Of a DNA stretch of 40,015 nt, positions 1 to 8,429 are shown in pieces. The notes under the pieces were generated by a model. The model did not search any database. It had not been told where the DNA came from and saw only the letters and a program-made list of their open reading frames with translations. Where the stretch lies: assembly GCA_040220235.1 (NCBI GenBank), contig JAVJTO010000126.1; one strand, given 5' to 3'. Position numbers and translations under genes: made by a program. The DNA is from Coleofasciculus sp. B1-GNL1-01 (GTDB lineage Bacteria; Cyanobacteriota; Cyanobacteriia; Cyanobacteriales; Coleofasciculaceae). How positions within the stretch are numbered: the first letter of the stretch is position 1; every line of letters starts with the position of its first letter.

Positions 1-136
1 AAAATTCGGCGCTGAGGTTGGCAAAAATTCCAGGATGCAAGAGAGTGGTAGTGTAAAAACCTTGCACTTGTTGGGTCAAAAAATGGCTTGAAACCCCTAT
101 CTAGTCTACCTTACACACTTATGCAGCAAGCCCTAA
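1..136 (-). mobile_element. Partial MITE (GGGCTTGCTG terminal-inverted-repeat family), truncated by window edge
   Basis: Reverse complement of 1-136 aligns closely with 29561-29696 (TTAGGGCTTGCTG.ATAA.TGTGTAAGGTAGAC...ACCCAACAAGTGCAAGGTTTTTA). Confidence 0.8.
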
Positions 137-261
137 GTAGGGCGGCGGCTCGACTGAGCGCTCGCCGAACGTCTAAAAAATCGCGGAAAGCCGCACGGTG
201 AGGCAGTGCAAGATTTTTTGGTTGGGGGAACTTCAGTCTAAAGACGAGTGCATCTCTAGTT

Positions 262-315
262 TTAGTCCACTTGAGTGGACTTAAGCTATAAGCCAAGAAC
301 TTGAGTTCTTGGCGG
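262..315. repeat. Double-hairpin palindromic repeat downstream of VIT gene (possible terminator)
   Basis: AGTCCACTTGAGTGGACT and GCCAAGAACTTGAGTTCTTGGC are perfect inverted repeats. Confidence 0.55.
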
Positions 316-353
316 GTGTCGAGGCTGACTGACAAAGGTATAAGTTATCAGTT

Positions 354-2687
354 TTAACTGTCTGTTTGAATTCGTAAGGTTAAACGCACCGTATCCATTA
401 ACCATTGAGGCACTCGCCAACTTAAAAGCGATCGCTTAATTACATCAATGACAACGGCTTCATTGAGGCTAGAGGCATCCTCGTCCCATAATACCCGCAC
501 CACACGCCCCTTACGCACTGGAAACTCAAAGACAAGTTCACCACAGTATCCCGATGGTAAAATCACCTGTTGCAGGTGTTGCGTGAGTAGGGTAGCACTT
601 GACTTTTCTAATCCGGTAACGCTGAGAACTTGCAGGTTGGTAATGGTTTCATCCAGAACCGGGGGAGATGCGGTAGGAGTGATATCCACATCAGTACAGT
701 TCAGGAGTGGCTGCTGGATGGAATCACCTACAACCGGAGGAGACGCCCCATTAGTCGTGAGTGAGGGTGACAAACCAGAATTGCCTCGCGATCGCCTGAA
801 TTTAAGTCCGAGGAAACGCATGGGAGATTGATCGAATATTCCTTCATACGATACCCCTTCTGGCACCTCAACGGGTACAGAGACACAAATTCCTTTCCCT
901 TGCGGATCAGTTCGGATTTGTTCACTGACGGCAACAAACGCTGTATAGGGGGCTAAAATCTGATAGGTTAAAGCTGTTTCGATGATTGCTTCAACCTGTG
1001 CTTTCTTTTCACAATGCCACATTTGATGCATCAAATCTTTGATTCGCGCCCGCCCCCACAACTGCGCGATCGCACAATTACCCTCTGAATCAAATCTCAG
1101 GTGAAATTCCTGTTCATAACGCTTACCCCCGGTAACGGTTCCGGTAATTTTCAAGATACCCGTCTGTTCCGCATGAATCGGAGAAATGCGCCCAAATAAA
1201 ACTAAGGGTTGTTGGGTAAACAAATCGGGGGGAGTTGTCGGATAAATCATCGCCTCTCCCATTCCTTGCCACTCTACATTAATAGTAGTTAGAACGGGGT
1301 TATTAATTTGGCGCAAGAATTCTTCGGTTACCTTCTGAGTTGATTCATCCTGACGTACAATTCGCGATGTTCCTCGCCCTAATTCTGCCATCCGATTTAA
1401 GAGAAATCGATTCGGTGAACTGCCAACCCCAAAACTATATAAACGATTTCCCGGTTTGAGATACTGTTTCACCTCTGCCAGAATTTCTGATTCATTGCCA
1501 ATATAGCCGTCGGTGAGTAATACAATACTGCGTAAACGTCCTTCGGGTGCAGCGGGAAAATTTAAGACAGCGCGAATTCCATTGAGTAAATAAGTGCCGC
1601 CATTTGCCTTTAATTGATTGATGTAGGTGAGGGCTTTAATCCGATTTTGGGGTGTATTGGCTAAAGGTTTGGCAGACAATTGGGTCGTGATATCAGAAAA
1701 ATCCAGAATCGTAAATGTATCCTGGGGATTCAATCCCTGGATAAATCGGCGCATTAATTCCTGAGATTTGCGGAAGGGATCACCTTTTTGAGATCCGGAT
1801 GTATCGATGAGAAAAACGACATCTTTGGGAACAATTTCATGATCGAAATAATCCACCGCCGGAATCAAATAGAGGGCAAAATGACCGCCCCTTGTATCCG
1901 ATTGCGTCAGTACCGTCGCCTGAGTGCGATCGCCTGAGACTTGATAGCGTAAAATTAGGTCTTTGTTGGGAATAGTATCTCCTTCCCCCAGGAGTACGCG
2001 CACCCATGTCTCCTCATGTTCCACTTTGATCGGGTGCGAGGGAGAATTAATGTTGGAAATGGGAACCCCGGCGTCAATTTCCACCATGATTTGAATATCA
2101 TGTCCGGAACGGGTACTGGGTGGGATAATTGTAGGCATAATCCGTGACGCATCCGCCACGCGATCGCTATCCCCGGTTTCATCAATGGGAATCCCTGGAC
2201 AAAATCGGGGTCCTACTACCATCGGGAAAACAAATTCGCACTCACCGCCACTAAATTTCAGCGTATCAGTATAGCGAATCGTGACATCAATCCGTTCTCC
2301 GGGTTTAATATTTGCCAAAGATTGGGTAAAAATATTATCCCGTTCTTGTTCTAATAATCCAGCCGTTCGTCCCTCTTGGCGGGCTTGTTCATAAATTAGC
2401 TGCGCTTCTTCCCGTTTTTTAATCCCCCCTTTAATTATGCGATCGCCCAGTTTTATTTCCATCTCATCCACAACTGCCGCATCTGGCAAAGGGAAGATAT
2501 ATATGGCTTCTAACGGTTCCATAAAGGAATTTTCAAAGGTTTGCGTTACCTCGACGCGGGATAAATTCCCCGCCACTTTAGCCAGCACTTGCGTATGCTT
2601 CAATGGGAAAACCAAAGCATGTTCCCCCGTTTTGGTGTATAGTCCACCAAGGGGTTTATGAGAGCGGAGCGTTGTATTCATAACCAT
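354..2687 (-). CDS. VIT + von Willebrand factor A domain protein (inter-alpha-trypsin-inhibitor-like, with C-terminal after-VIT region)
   Basis: N-terminal VIT motifs (VEVTQTFENS..EPLEAIYIFPLP, LLEQERDNIFTQSLANIKPG) and vWA MIDAS (DVVFLIDTSGSQ, GGT, LLTDG). Start moved to ATG 2687, behind a GAAGGA RBS; the track uses TTG 2705. Confidence 0.9.
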   Translation of the reverse strand: MVMNTTLRSHKPLGGLYTKTGEHALVFPLKHTQVLAKVAGNLSRVEVTQTFENSFMEPLEAIYIFPLPDAAVVDEMEIKLGDRIIKGGIKKREEAQLIYEQARQEGRTAGLLEQERDNIFTQSLANIKPGERIDVTIRYTDTLKFSGGECEFVFPMVVGPRFCPGIPIDETGDSDRVADASRIMPTIIPPSTRSGHDIQIMVEIDAGVPISNINSPSHPIKVEHEETWVRVLLGEGDTIPNKDLILRYQVSGDRTQATVLTQSDTRGGHFALYLIPAVDYFDHEIVPKDVVFLIDTSGSQKGDPFRKSQELMRRFIQGLNPQDTFTILDFSDITTQLSAKPLANTPQNRIKALTYINQLKANGGTYLLNGIRAVLNFPAAPEGRLRSIVLLTDGYIGNESEILAEVKQYLKPGNRLYSFGVGSSPNRFLLNRMAELGRGTSRIVRQDESTQKVTEEFLRQINNPVLTTINVEWQGMGEAMIYPTTPPDLFTQQPLVLFGRISPIHAEQTGILKITGTVTGGKRYEQEFHLRFDSEGNCAIAQLWGRARIKDLMHQMWHCEKKAQVEAIIETALTYQILAPYTAFVAVSEQIRTDPQGKGICVSVPVEVPEGVSYEGIFDQSPMRFLGLKFRRSRGNSGLSPSLTTNGASPPVVGDSIQQPLLNCTDVDITPTASPPVLDETITNLQVLSVTGLEKSSATLLTQHLQQVILPSGYCGELVFEFPVRKGRVVRVLWDEDASSLNEAVVIDVIKRSLLSWRVPQWLMDTVRLTLRIQTDS

Positions 2688-2865
2688 GAGTAAATCCTTC
2701 ACCAATGAGGGGTATCTGTAATTAATGCTACTGTTGAGTTTTGGCGTTTCAGGAGTAGTTGACCCCTTATGCTAGCGTTAGCAATTTTCGTACATCCAGG
2801 GAAAATTAATAAATATAAAGTAGTTTGACGCCTTCAATGGCGGGATAGGAGCCATTACAGCCGTT

Positions 2866-3002
2866 CTGAAGTTCCCCGTGTGTGGTATCTTGATTGTGGG
2901 AACCGCCTCGCAGCCGGACAAATTTTGCTGGGCAGTTCTTTGGAAACTGACTCGGAGTTCTATAATTTTGGGAGATGGGGATATGCTAGGTTGCCATCTC
3001 TG
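2866..3002 (+). pseudogene. Fragment of a ThiF/E1-like (PRTRC-type) adenylyltransferase gene
   Basis: Reads VWYLDCGNRLAAGQILLGS...YARLPS, resembling the W-x-D-C-G-N-x4-G-Q-(V/I)-L-L-G...LPSP segment of PRTRC ThiF proteins. There is no N- or C-terminal remainder. Confidence 0.5.
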
Positions 3003-3225
3003 ATCCTTCTGTGGAGTTGGGGTGAGGTAGGACTGGAAGGCATGGAAAAAGTCTATTGTTACCAGTCATCATCCTTATGTAATTAATAATATTAGTCCTG
3101 CTTATTGGAAAATAGTGACTCGCCAAGGAAGTTTGGTAACTGTTAAAAATGCAAAAGATTTTCATATTTCCGAATCTAGACAAAAAGCTTTTATTGATTT
3201 AATTAATGTCCTTGAGGATGATAAA

Positions 3226-3421
3226 TAAGCTGTTCGGCATTTAAACTTTAATGTCAATAATGGCGAAAGCCTTGTACAGCACTTTCTAACACCGTGTAGT
3301 ACAGCAATCATCAGATAGCTTTGCTCTACTCTTGTTTAGCTGTATCACATGGAGTCTGAAAACGTTATAGTGCGAGCATCTTGCTCGCTACTAATACCCA
3401 ATTTAAATGCATGACAGCTTA
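3226..3421. mobile_element. MITE, AGCTGT family (TA target duplication), containing a nested 91-bp element
   Basis: TA-AGCTGTTCGGCATTTAAA...TTTAAATGCATGACAGCT-TA; sister copies at 18978-19217 and 39244-39346. Confidence 0.85.
3275..3369. mobile_element. Nested MITE, CAGC family (TA duplication)
   Basis: Absent from the sister copy at 39244 (CCTTG-TA-GTGCGAG). Flanked by TA...TA, with an imperfect 29-bp TIR (19/29 matches). A related element lies at 23404-23508. Confidence 0.75.
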
Positions 3422-3436
3422 TTTAGAATATGAATA

Positions 3437-3840
3437 ATGAATATTTATTTTTTAGTTGAATACAAAAACGCTGTATAGAGACTTGGTTATTAGGAAATAG
3501 AAAAATTTTTGATTCAAGACAACCACTAGAATCACCATTATCAGATTATGGAAACTATTATGATGTTTCTCAGTATGATCCTGAAAAAATGAGTAAGTAT
3601 AATATGAGAAACCACGCTGATTTTCATTTGAAATATGTACAAAAAAATTTTGAGTCGAAAAACATATCTTATACTAAAAAGTTTCCCGGTGATGCCATGG
3701 AAGAATATTATTTAGAGCAATTACAGAAAAGAGTACAAGATGACTCGAAACACATCGAAACCTTTCAAAATTTATTGAGTTTTTGTGAAACTCTTAAAAA
3801 GAGTATGGCGACGAATAGTTATGCTCAAGAGCAAAGGTAA
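3437..3840 (+). pseudogene. Internally deleted, frameshifted TOPRIM-like partner of the ATPase (DUF4276/RloB-like)
   Basis: ATG 3437 reads MNIYFLVE, then from 3460 in another frame IQKRCIETWLLGNRKIFDSR..., continuing into the track ORF 3589-3840. 'FLVE' and 'CIETWLLG' are typical motifs of ATPase-associated TOPRIM-type proteins. Confidence 0.65.
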
Positions 3841-3903
3841 CAAACCCGAACTGATTTTAGACCGCTCCAGCTTCAAAGTAATGAACAAAAGCGCCAGTTC
3901 CAG

Positions 3904-4092
3904 TTAACTTTCCACGTCTGTATCAATTTCCACGTCGAGGGTATCTTCATCAATCCGGACATACAAAATATTCGGTTGACAACAAACCTGACAATCCTCA
4001 ACATACGATTGCTGAGAGCCTGCACTAATGTCAATAAAGGTGACGTTGGTTTCGCCACAGTAGGCGCAACTGTATTCTGCTGTATTTTCCAT
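3904..4092 (-). CDS. CPXCG-motif cysteine-rich small protein
   Basis: CAYCGE...IDISAGSQQSYVEDCQVCCQPN, the typical Cys-rich CPXCG family pattern. Confidence 0.85.
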   Translation of the reverse strand: MENTAEYSCAYCGETNVTFIDISAGSQQSYVEDCQVCCQPNILYVRIDEDTLDVEIDTDVES

Positions 4093-4131
4093 TATGACGA
4101 CTGATAACGTATAGATCAGTTAGGGGTGAGA

Positions 4132-4220
4132 TAGGGCGGGTTTTGTTGTTCGGTTATTGGTGAATATCGAAATTTAGTGGCTAAACCCGCCCCTACCATT
4201 TCTTAAACCCGCCCCTACCA
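4132..4220. repeat. REP-like GTAGGGGCGGGTTT/AAACCCGCCCCTAC palindrome cluster between co-oriented genes
   Basis: TAGGGCGGGTTT...AAACCCGCCCCTAC x2; the same family occurs at 10531, 17779, 28050, 33391 and 35589. Confidence 0.8.
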
Positions 4221-4225
4221 TTGAT

Positions 4226-5665
4226 CTATGACTGATGATTGCGTTCCCAAAGTTGATGGAGAATTTGGACATGAACCTCGCGAGTAATCGGATAAAAATA
4301 GCTACAAACCAAACCGCAAATTAAGATCAACGTGGGTAAAGGACCAATAATCATCCGGATGGCGAACAACGCCGACTCCGGTTGCACCGGATTGGGTTCT
4401 CCCGCCACACTCGAAATAAACCCAGCCCAGTCGAGTATTTTTCCCACTAAAAAAAGTGCGATCGCAAACCCCATTTTCTGAAATAATACCATGAACCCAT
4501 AGAAAATCCCCTCCCGTCGTTGTCCGCTGTTGAGTTCATCGAGATCCACAACATCGGGTAACATTGACCAGGGAATCAGATAAGCCGTAGCAATACCAAA
4601 CCCTGCCAGTACAGCTAAACCATAGAGTAAACCAACTTGACCCGGTTGCAGGAAAAATAAGCCAGCTTCCGCCAAAATTAACAACGGCATTCCAATTAAA
4701 TACACCGCTTTTTTCCCCAACCGCTTACTCACGAAACTCCAAATAAACATCATCATCAGCGCCGTTCCTTGCACCGCGATCGCGACTTGGGTAAAGTGGT
4801 GATCGGGTAATCCCATCCAGTTAATCACAAAGTAGGGCAAAATCGCGGCAGTAATCTGTACCCCTAACCACGAACAAAGATAAATACCCATGACATACAA
4901 GAAAGGGCGATTGGCAAAAATATAGCCAATTTGCGATCGCCAGGGTAACGATGGGCGTACCGACGCATTCACTGTTTCCGTTGCTTGCTGATTGAGGACA
5001 ACCCGATGAGTTCCTAAAACACTGACGTAGGCAGATACAACAGCGCAAGTAGCACAGACAATTCCTAACACTAAATATTTTTGGCTAGGGTGTTCCACTA
5101 CAGAAAAGATCACTTGAGCCAAAACTAATGCCAGAATCGCGCCACCGACAGAAAATGCTGATTTAAAACTAATCAAGCTAGTCCGTTCATGATAATCTTG
5201 AGTCAGTTCGGGAGCTAGAGCAGAGAAAGGCAGCAGCACTGATGTAAACGCGGCATAAAATAGAACCCCTAAAACACCGTAGTAACCGAATAAAGCCTGC
5301 TGATTCAACGTTACATCTTGACTAAACGTCGGCACAATCCACAGCAACATAAAAAAGAGTCCCAAAGGAACCGCCCCACAGACAATCCACGGATACCGCC
5401 GTCCCCAACGTGAACGGGTGTGATCACTAAGCCAGCCAATCAACGGATCATTAATCGCATCCCAGGCTTTGCTAATCAGCATCACAGTACCCGCTTTACT
5501 CGCACTAAGTCCAGCGATATTCGTGAGAAAAAATAAGAAGAAAAAGGATAAAATATTGCCAGGAATCGCGGCTGCTAGCTCACCCACTCCATAGGTGAAC
5601 TTGGTGGTAAAACGCAGCGTTTTAGTTTCTGGCTGGGGTAAAGCAGATGAGGAAAACTGATCCAT
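4226..5665 (-). CDS. MFS transporter, GPH (MelB-like glycoside-pentoside-hexuronide:cation symporter) family
   Basis: WDAINDPLIGWLSDHTRSRWGRRYPW, ELTQDYHERTSL, SMLPDVVDLDELNSGQRREGIFYG; about 12 hydrophobic segments. Confidence 0.92.
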   Translation of the reverse strand: MDQFSSSALPQPETKTLRFTTKFTYGVGELAAAIPGNILSFFFLFFLTNIAGLSASKAGTVMLISKAWDAINDPLIGWLSDHTRSRWGRRYPWIVCGAVPLGLFFMLLWIVPTFSQDVTLNQQALFGYYGVLGVLFYAAFTSVLLPFSALAPELTQDYHERTSLISFKSAFSVGGAILALVLAQVIFSVVEHPSQKYLVLGIVCATCAVVSAYVSVLGTHRVVLNQQATETVNASVRPSLPWRSQIGYIFANRPFLYVMGIYLCSWLGVQITAAILPYFVINWMGLPDHHFTQVAIAVQGTALMMMFIWSFVSKRLGKKAVYLIGMPLLILAEAGLFFLQPGQVGLLYGLAVLAGFGIATAYLIPWSMLPDVVDLDELNSGQRREGIFYGFMVLFQKMGFAIALFLVGKILDWAGFISSVAGEPNPVQPESALFAIRMIIGPLPTLILICGLVCSYFYPITREVHVQILHQLWERNHQS

Positions 5666-5799
5666 AGCGTCAACTTTAGAGTTTGTAGTAAGCGCTTTAG
5701 CGCTGATCTCTCATGGACTGACAACAAAGCCAAAGCCTTATTATTACTACCTTATACCGGGTAGACTACCTACTTTCCAAGTAGCGTATCACCCCGTCA

Positions 5800-5861
5800 G
5801 GTTTATGGCACTAAAGTGCCTACTACGAACGGTTTATGGCACTAAAGTGCTTACTACGAAC
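5800..5861. repeat. Two tandem 31-bp units carrying a GTAG-type palindrome
   Basis: GGTTTATGGCACTAAAGTGC(C/T)TACTACGAAC x2; the reverse complement matches the GTAGTAAGCGCTTTAGCGCT motif at 5685 and a variant at 13805. Confidence 0.8.
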
Positions 5862-6237
5862 GGAACGAACGCGATCGCCTGATCAATTACGTCTACGTCT
5901 GACAATTTTGCTTCCCCTGACATCCCAGAGGATAGGCTGAATTGTAGGTATGCGATCGCTTACCTCCCACACGCTGAAGACGCCAGTAAAGCTCAGTAGC
6001 CTTTGGAGACTGCCGTTGTGCCTAGCATAAGAATCCTCATAATAATGCCTCCGTCGCAGGAAACTCCGTGTATGCGAGACCGGAGAGGAATGCGCGGTAG
6101 CGGTTTTAAACTCCTAAGCTTTCCACAGGTTATACTGATTCTATTGTTGCTGCCGTAGTAATTTAACTCAGGACAGCATAACTGAGTCTTCTGTTGATGT
6201 TAAAACGAGAGTTAAAAAATACTAATCGTGAGGATTT

Positions 6238-6765
6238 ATGACTATTTTAGATTCTAAAGGTCGTCTTTTTGGTAAAATCAGCATTCTTGATCTAGGGGCT
6301 GCCTTGGTCATTTTATTAGTGATTGTGGGAATCTTTTTCATTCCAGGTACAGGTTCCGTCGCCCAGATACCTGGAAGCAGCGCCGAAAAATCTGTTGAAG
6401 TTGATTTGATTGTTCGAGGGTTGAGCGTGCGTAAGCCAGAGGATTTGATGTCTCAATTTAGAGCAGAAAAGAAAACAAATATCGTTATTCGTAATCAACC
6501 CTCTGGTAAGGTAGACATCATATCGGTACAAGAATTGCCAAGACTGGTTATTGTACCTCAACCCGATGGCTCGGCTAAAGCGCTACCCGATCCCAGACCT
6601 GACACCTTTAGCACTGATATACTAATGACCCTCGGTGGTCAAGCCACTATTACCGATGATGGTCCGGTTCTGGGAAATAGCAAGCTTAAAATTGGAACGC
6701 CTGTGGAATTAGAGGGTAAGGATTACAATTTCAACGCTAGCGTGATTGATGTCAGGGTTGAGTAA
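6238..6765 (+). CDS. DUF4330 family cyanobacterial membrane-anchored protein
   Basis: MTILDSKGRLFGKISILDLGAALVILLV N-terminus and GAGGA RBS; the stop codon TAA is supplied by the IscB element end. Confidence 0.85.
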   Translation: MTILDSKGRLFGKISILDLGAALVILLVIVGIFFIPGTGSVAQIPGSSAEKSVEVDLIVRGLSVRKPEDLMSQFRAEKKTNIVIRNQPSGKVDIISVQELPRLVIVPQPDGSAKALPDPRPDTFSTDILMTLGGQATITDDGPVLGNSKLKIGTPVELEGKDYNFNASVIDVRVE

Positions 6766-6990
6766 ACTACCTGCCGCTAAGTCGGAGTACCGACTCTAGC
6801 GGGGGCTTTTAAAGAAGCCCAGAGTTTACCAGGCTGAGTGTTAATTCACTACGTTACGAAAGTCAAGATACCTAAGAATGCGTAGCCAGTTTTTAGCTCT
6901 ATCGTTTGCGATTAAACAGACATATCGGGTTGAAGTCAGTGTCGTAAACCCAAAAAGCTTTCGTAACATTGCCAAGGCTAACATTACCCG
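6762..6990 (+). ncRNA. omegaRNA / HEARO RNA scaffold (guide = upstream flank, about 6742-6761)
   Basis: HEARO-type landmarks in order: GTAAACT...AGTTTAC closing stem, CCAGGCTGAG, CTACGTT, ACCTAAGAATGC.TAGCCAGTTTTTAGCTCT, AACATTGCCAAGGCTAACATTACCC; lies directly upstream of iscB. Confidence 0.85.
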
Positions 6991-7006
6991 CAAGGAGACT
7001 CAAGCT

Positions 7007-8293
7007 TTGAGTAAAGTTTTCGTTTTAGACACCAACAAGCAACCTCTCAACCCCATCCATTCAGGTAGGGCAAGAATGCTGTTATCTCAAGGGAAAGCCG
7101 CTGTATTTCGGCGCTACCCTTTCACCGTGATACTGAACAAGGAGGTGGTCAACCCAAAAGTAGAATCGCTTCGAGTCAAAATCGACCCAGGCGCGAAAAC
7201 TACAGGACTAGCATTAGTCAACGACAGTACTGGTGAGGTTGTTTGGGCTGCCCAGTTACAACACCGAGGGTTTCAAATTCGGGATGCTTTAACGTCACGC
7301 CGCCAGTTAAGACGCTCACGCCGTAACCGCAAAACTCGTTACCGCAAGTCACGTTTTCTGAACCGTACTCGCCCTGAAGGATGGTTGCCACCATCGTTAA
7401 ACAGTCGAGTCGCCAACATCTTGACTTGGGTTAATCGCCTATCATCCATATCTCAAATTACTGCCATATCTCAAGAATTGGTCAGGTTTGACACTCAGCA
7501 GATGGAAGACGCTGAAATTAGCGGAATAGGCTATCAACAAGGCACACTATTCGGTTACGAAATCCGTGAGTTTTTGCTCGAAAAGTGGAACAGAACCTGT
7601 GCCTACTGTGGCGAAAAAGACACCCAACTTGAGATTGAGCATATAAATGCCCGCTCAAAAGGGGGTTCCAACCGAATCAGTAACTTGTGCCTAGCCTGTA
7701 CCTCTTGTAATCAGAAAAAGGGCAACCAGGATATTAAGGATTTCCTCAAGGGTAAACCTGACCTGCTCAAATGCATCCTGTCTCAAGCTAAAAGACCTTT
7801 GGCTGACACAGCAGCAGTCAACGCAACCCGATGGAATCTGTACTATAACCTCAAAAAAACGGGTTTACCTGTCGAAGTTGGCACGGGTGGTCGCACCAAG
7901 TACAACCGAACCATCCGAGGTTTAGACAAAACTCATTACTGGGACGCGGCCTGTGTTGGAGCTTCAACCCCAGAGCAGTTAATCACATCAGAAGTTAAAC
8001 CTCTATTGATTGCTGCTAAAGGTCACGGAACCCGTCAGCAGTGCCGTACTGACAAGTTCGGGTTTCCTAGTCGTTATTGCAAGAGAACAAAATTTCACAA
8101 AGGTTTTCAGACGGGTGACATCGTTAAAGCTGTTGTCACTTCTGGCAAAAAGATTGGAACTTACGTTGGGCGGGTAGCCACTCGTGCTACTGGAAGTTTC
8201 AATATTTCCACAACAGATGGACTGGTTCAAGGAATCAGTCATAAATACTGCTTGCCACTTCACAAAAAGGATGGGTATTCATACATACAGTGA
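7007..8293 (+). CDS. iscB: RNA-guided endonuclease IscB (428 aa)
   Basis: TTG start 7007 after an AAGGAG RBS. PLMP-like (VFVLDTNKQPLNP), RuvC-I (KIDPGAKTTG), Arg-rich bridge helix (RRQLRRSRR), RuvC-II (QELVRFD), HNH (CAYCG...EIEH...SN...CTSCNQKKGN), RuvC-III (HYWDAACV). The track's 6878 start runs through the omegaRNA. Confidence 0.95.
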   Translation: MSKVFVLDTNKQPLNPIHSGRARMLLSQGKAAVFRRYPFTVILNKEVVNPKVESLRVKIDPGAKTTGLALVNDSTGEVVWAAQLQHRGFQIRDALTSRRQLRRSRRNRKTRYRKSRFLNRTRPEGWLPPSLNSRVANILTWVNRLSSISQITAISQELVRFDTQQMEDAEISGIGYQQGTLFGYEIREFLLEKWNRTCAYCGEKDTQLEIEHINARSKGGSNRISNLCLACTSCNQKKGNQDIKDFLKGKPDLLKCILSQAKRPLADTAAVNATRWNLYYNLKKTGLPVEVGTGGRTKYNRTIRGLDKTHYWDAACVGASTPEQLITSEVKPLLIAAKGHGTRQQCRTDKFGFPSRYCKRTKFHKGFQTGDIVKAVVTSGKKIGTYVGRVATRATGSFNISTTDGLVQGISHKYCLPLHKKDGYSYIQ

Positions 8294-8296
8294 TTT

Positions 8297-8332
8297 GAAA
8301 AATTTAGGGGTATTGAACCCCATAAATTTTTC
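8297..8332 (+). terminator. Hairpin directly after iscB
   Basis: GAAAAATTTAGGGG-TATTGAA-CCCCATAAATTTTTC imperfect inverted repeat. Confidence 0.45.
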
Positions 8333-8429
8333 CTCGTTTCCTCCCGCCGCTAAAACTTTGGCGGTACTCGCTTCGCTTGTCCTAATCCGCCTCGTTTATA
8401 GCGGGGGTCTCCACGAGGAGGAAAGATGA

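Larger units (their letters stand above)
3055..3437 (+). pseudogene. C-terminal remnant of an ABC/AAA_21-type ATPase gene, interrupted by a MITE
   Basis: Hand translation from 3055: IVTSHHPYVINNISPAYWKIVTRQGSLVTV...INVLEDDK (ABC H-loop 'ITSHHPY'). Removing MITE 3226-3421 (one TA kept) restores ...DDK-YLEYE-TAA, overlapping the next ATG (TAATG). Confidence 0.7.
6762..8425 (+). mobile_element. Non-autonomous IS200/IS605-superfamily IscB element (omegaRNA + iscB, no tnpA)
   Basis: Begins GTAAACTACC; similar subterminal hairpins at both ends (CCTGCCGCTAA...TAGCGGGGG 6770-6805; CCCGCCGCTAAA...TATAGCGGGGG 8343-8407); followed by ATGAA (8426-8430). Joining the flanks restores GTT GAA TGA at the end of the DUF4330 gene. 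Confidence 0.88.

Noticed and set aside
354..2687. VIT-vWA gene as a diversity-generating retroelement target
   Set aside because: No reverse transcriptase, no TR/VR repeat pair and no C-type-lectin-like C-terminus in the window.
2857..3476. Apparent TIR pair TACAGCCGTT / AACGCTGTA defining a 620-bp element
   Set aside because: The right-hand motif is coding sequence of the TOPRIM-like relic (QKRCI), and the match is short.
6878..7006. N-terminal 43 aa of the track's IscB ORF
   Set aside because: This is omegaRNA sequence; the RBS and PLMP-like domain place the start at TTG 7007.
7007..8293. Cas9 or TnpB call
   Set aside because: Too short for Cas9, with no REC lobe or array; the HNH insertion and PLMP-like N-terminus exclude TnpB.
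6762..8425. HIP1 absence as proof of recent acquisition
   Set aside because: Only 1-2 sites would be expected in 1.7 kb at the window's density, so the absence is not informative.
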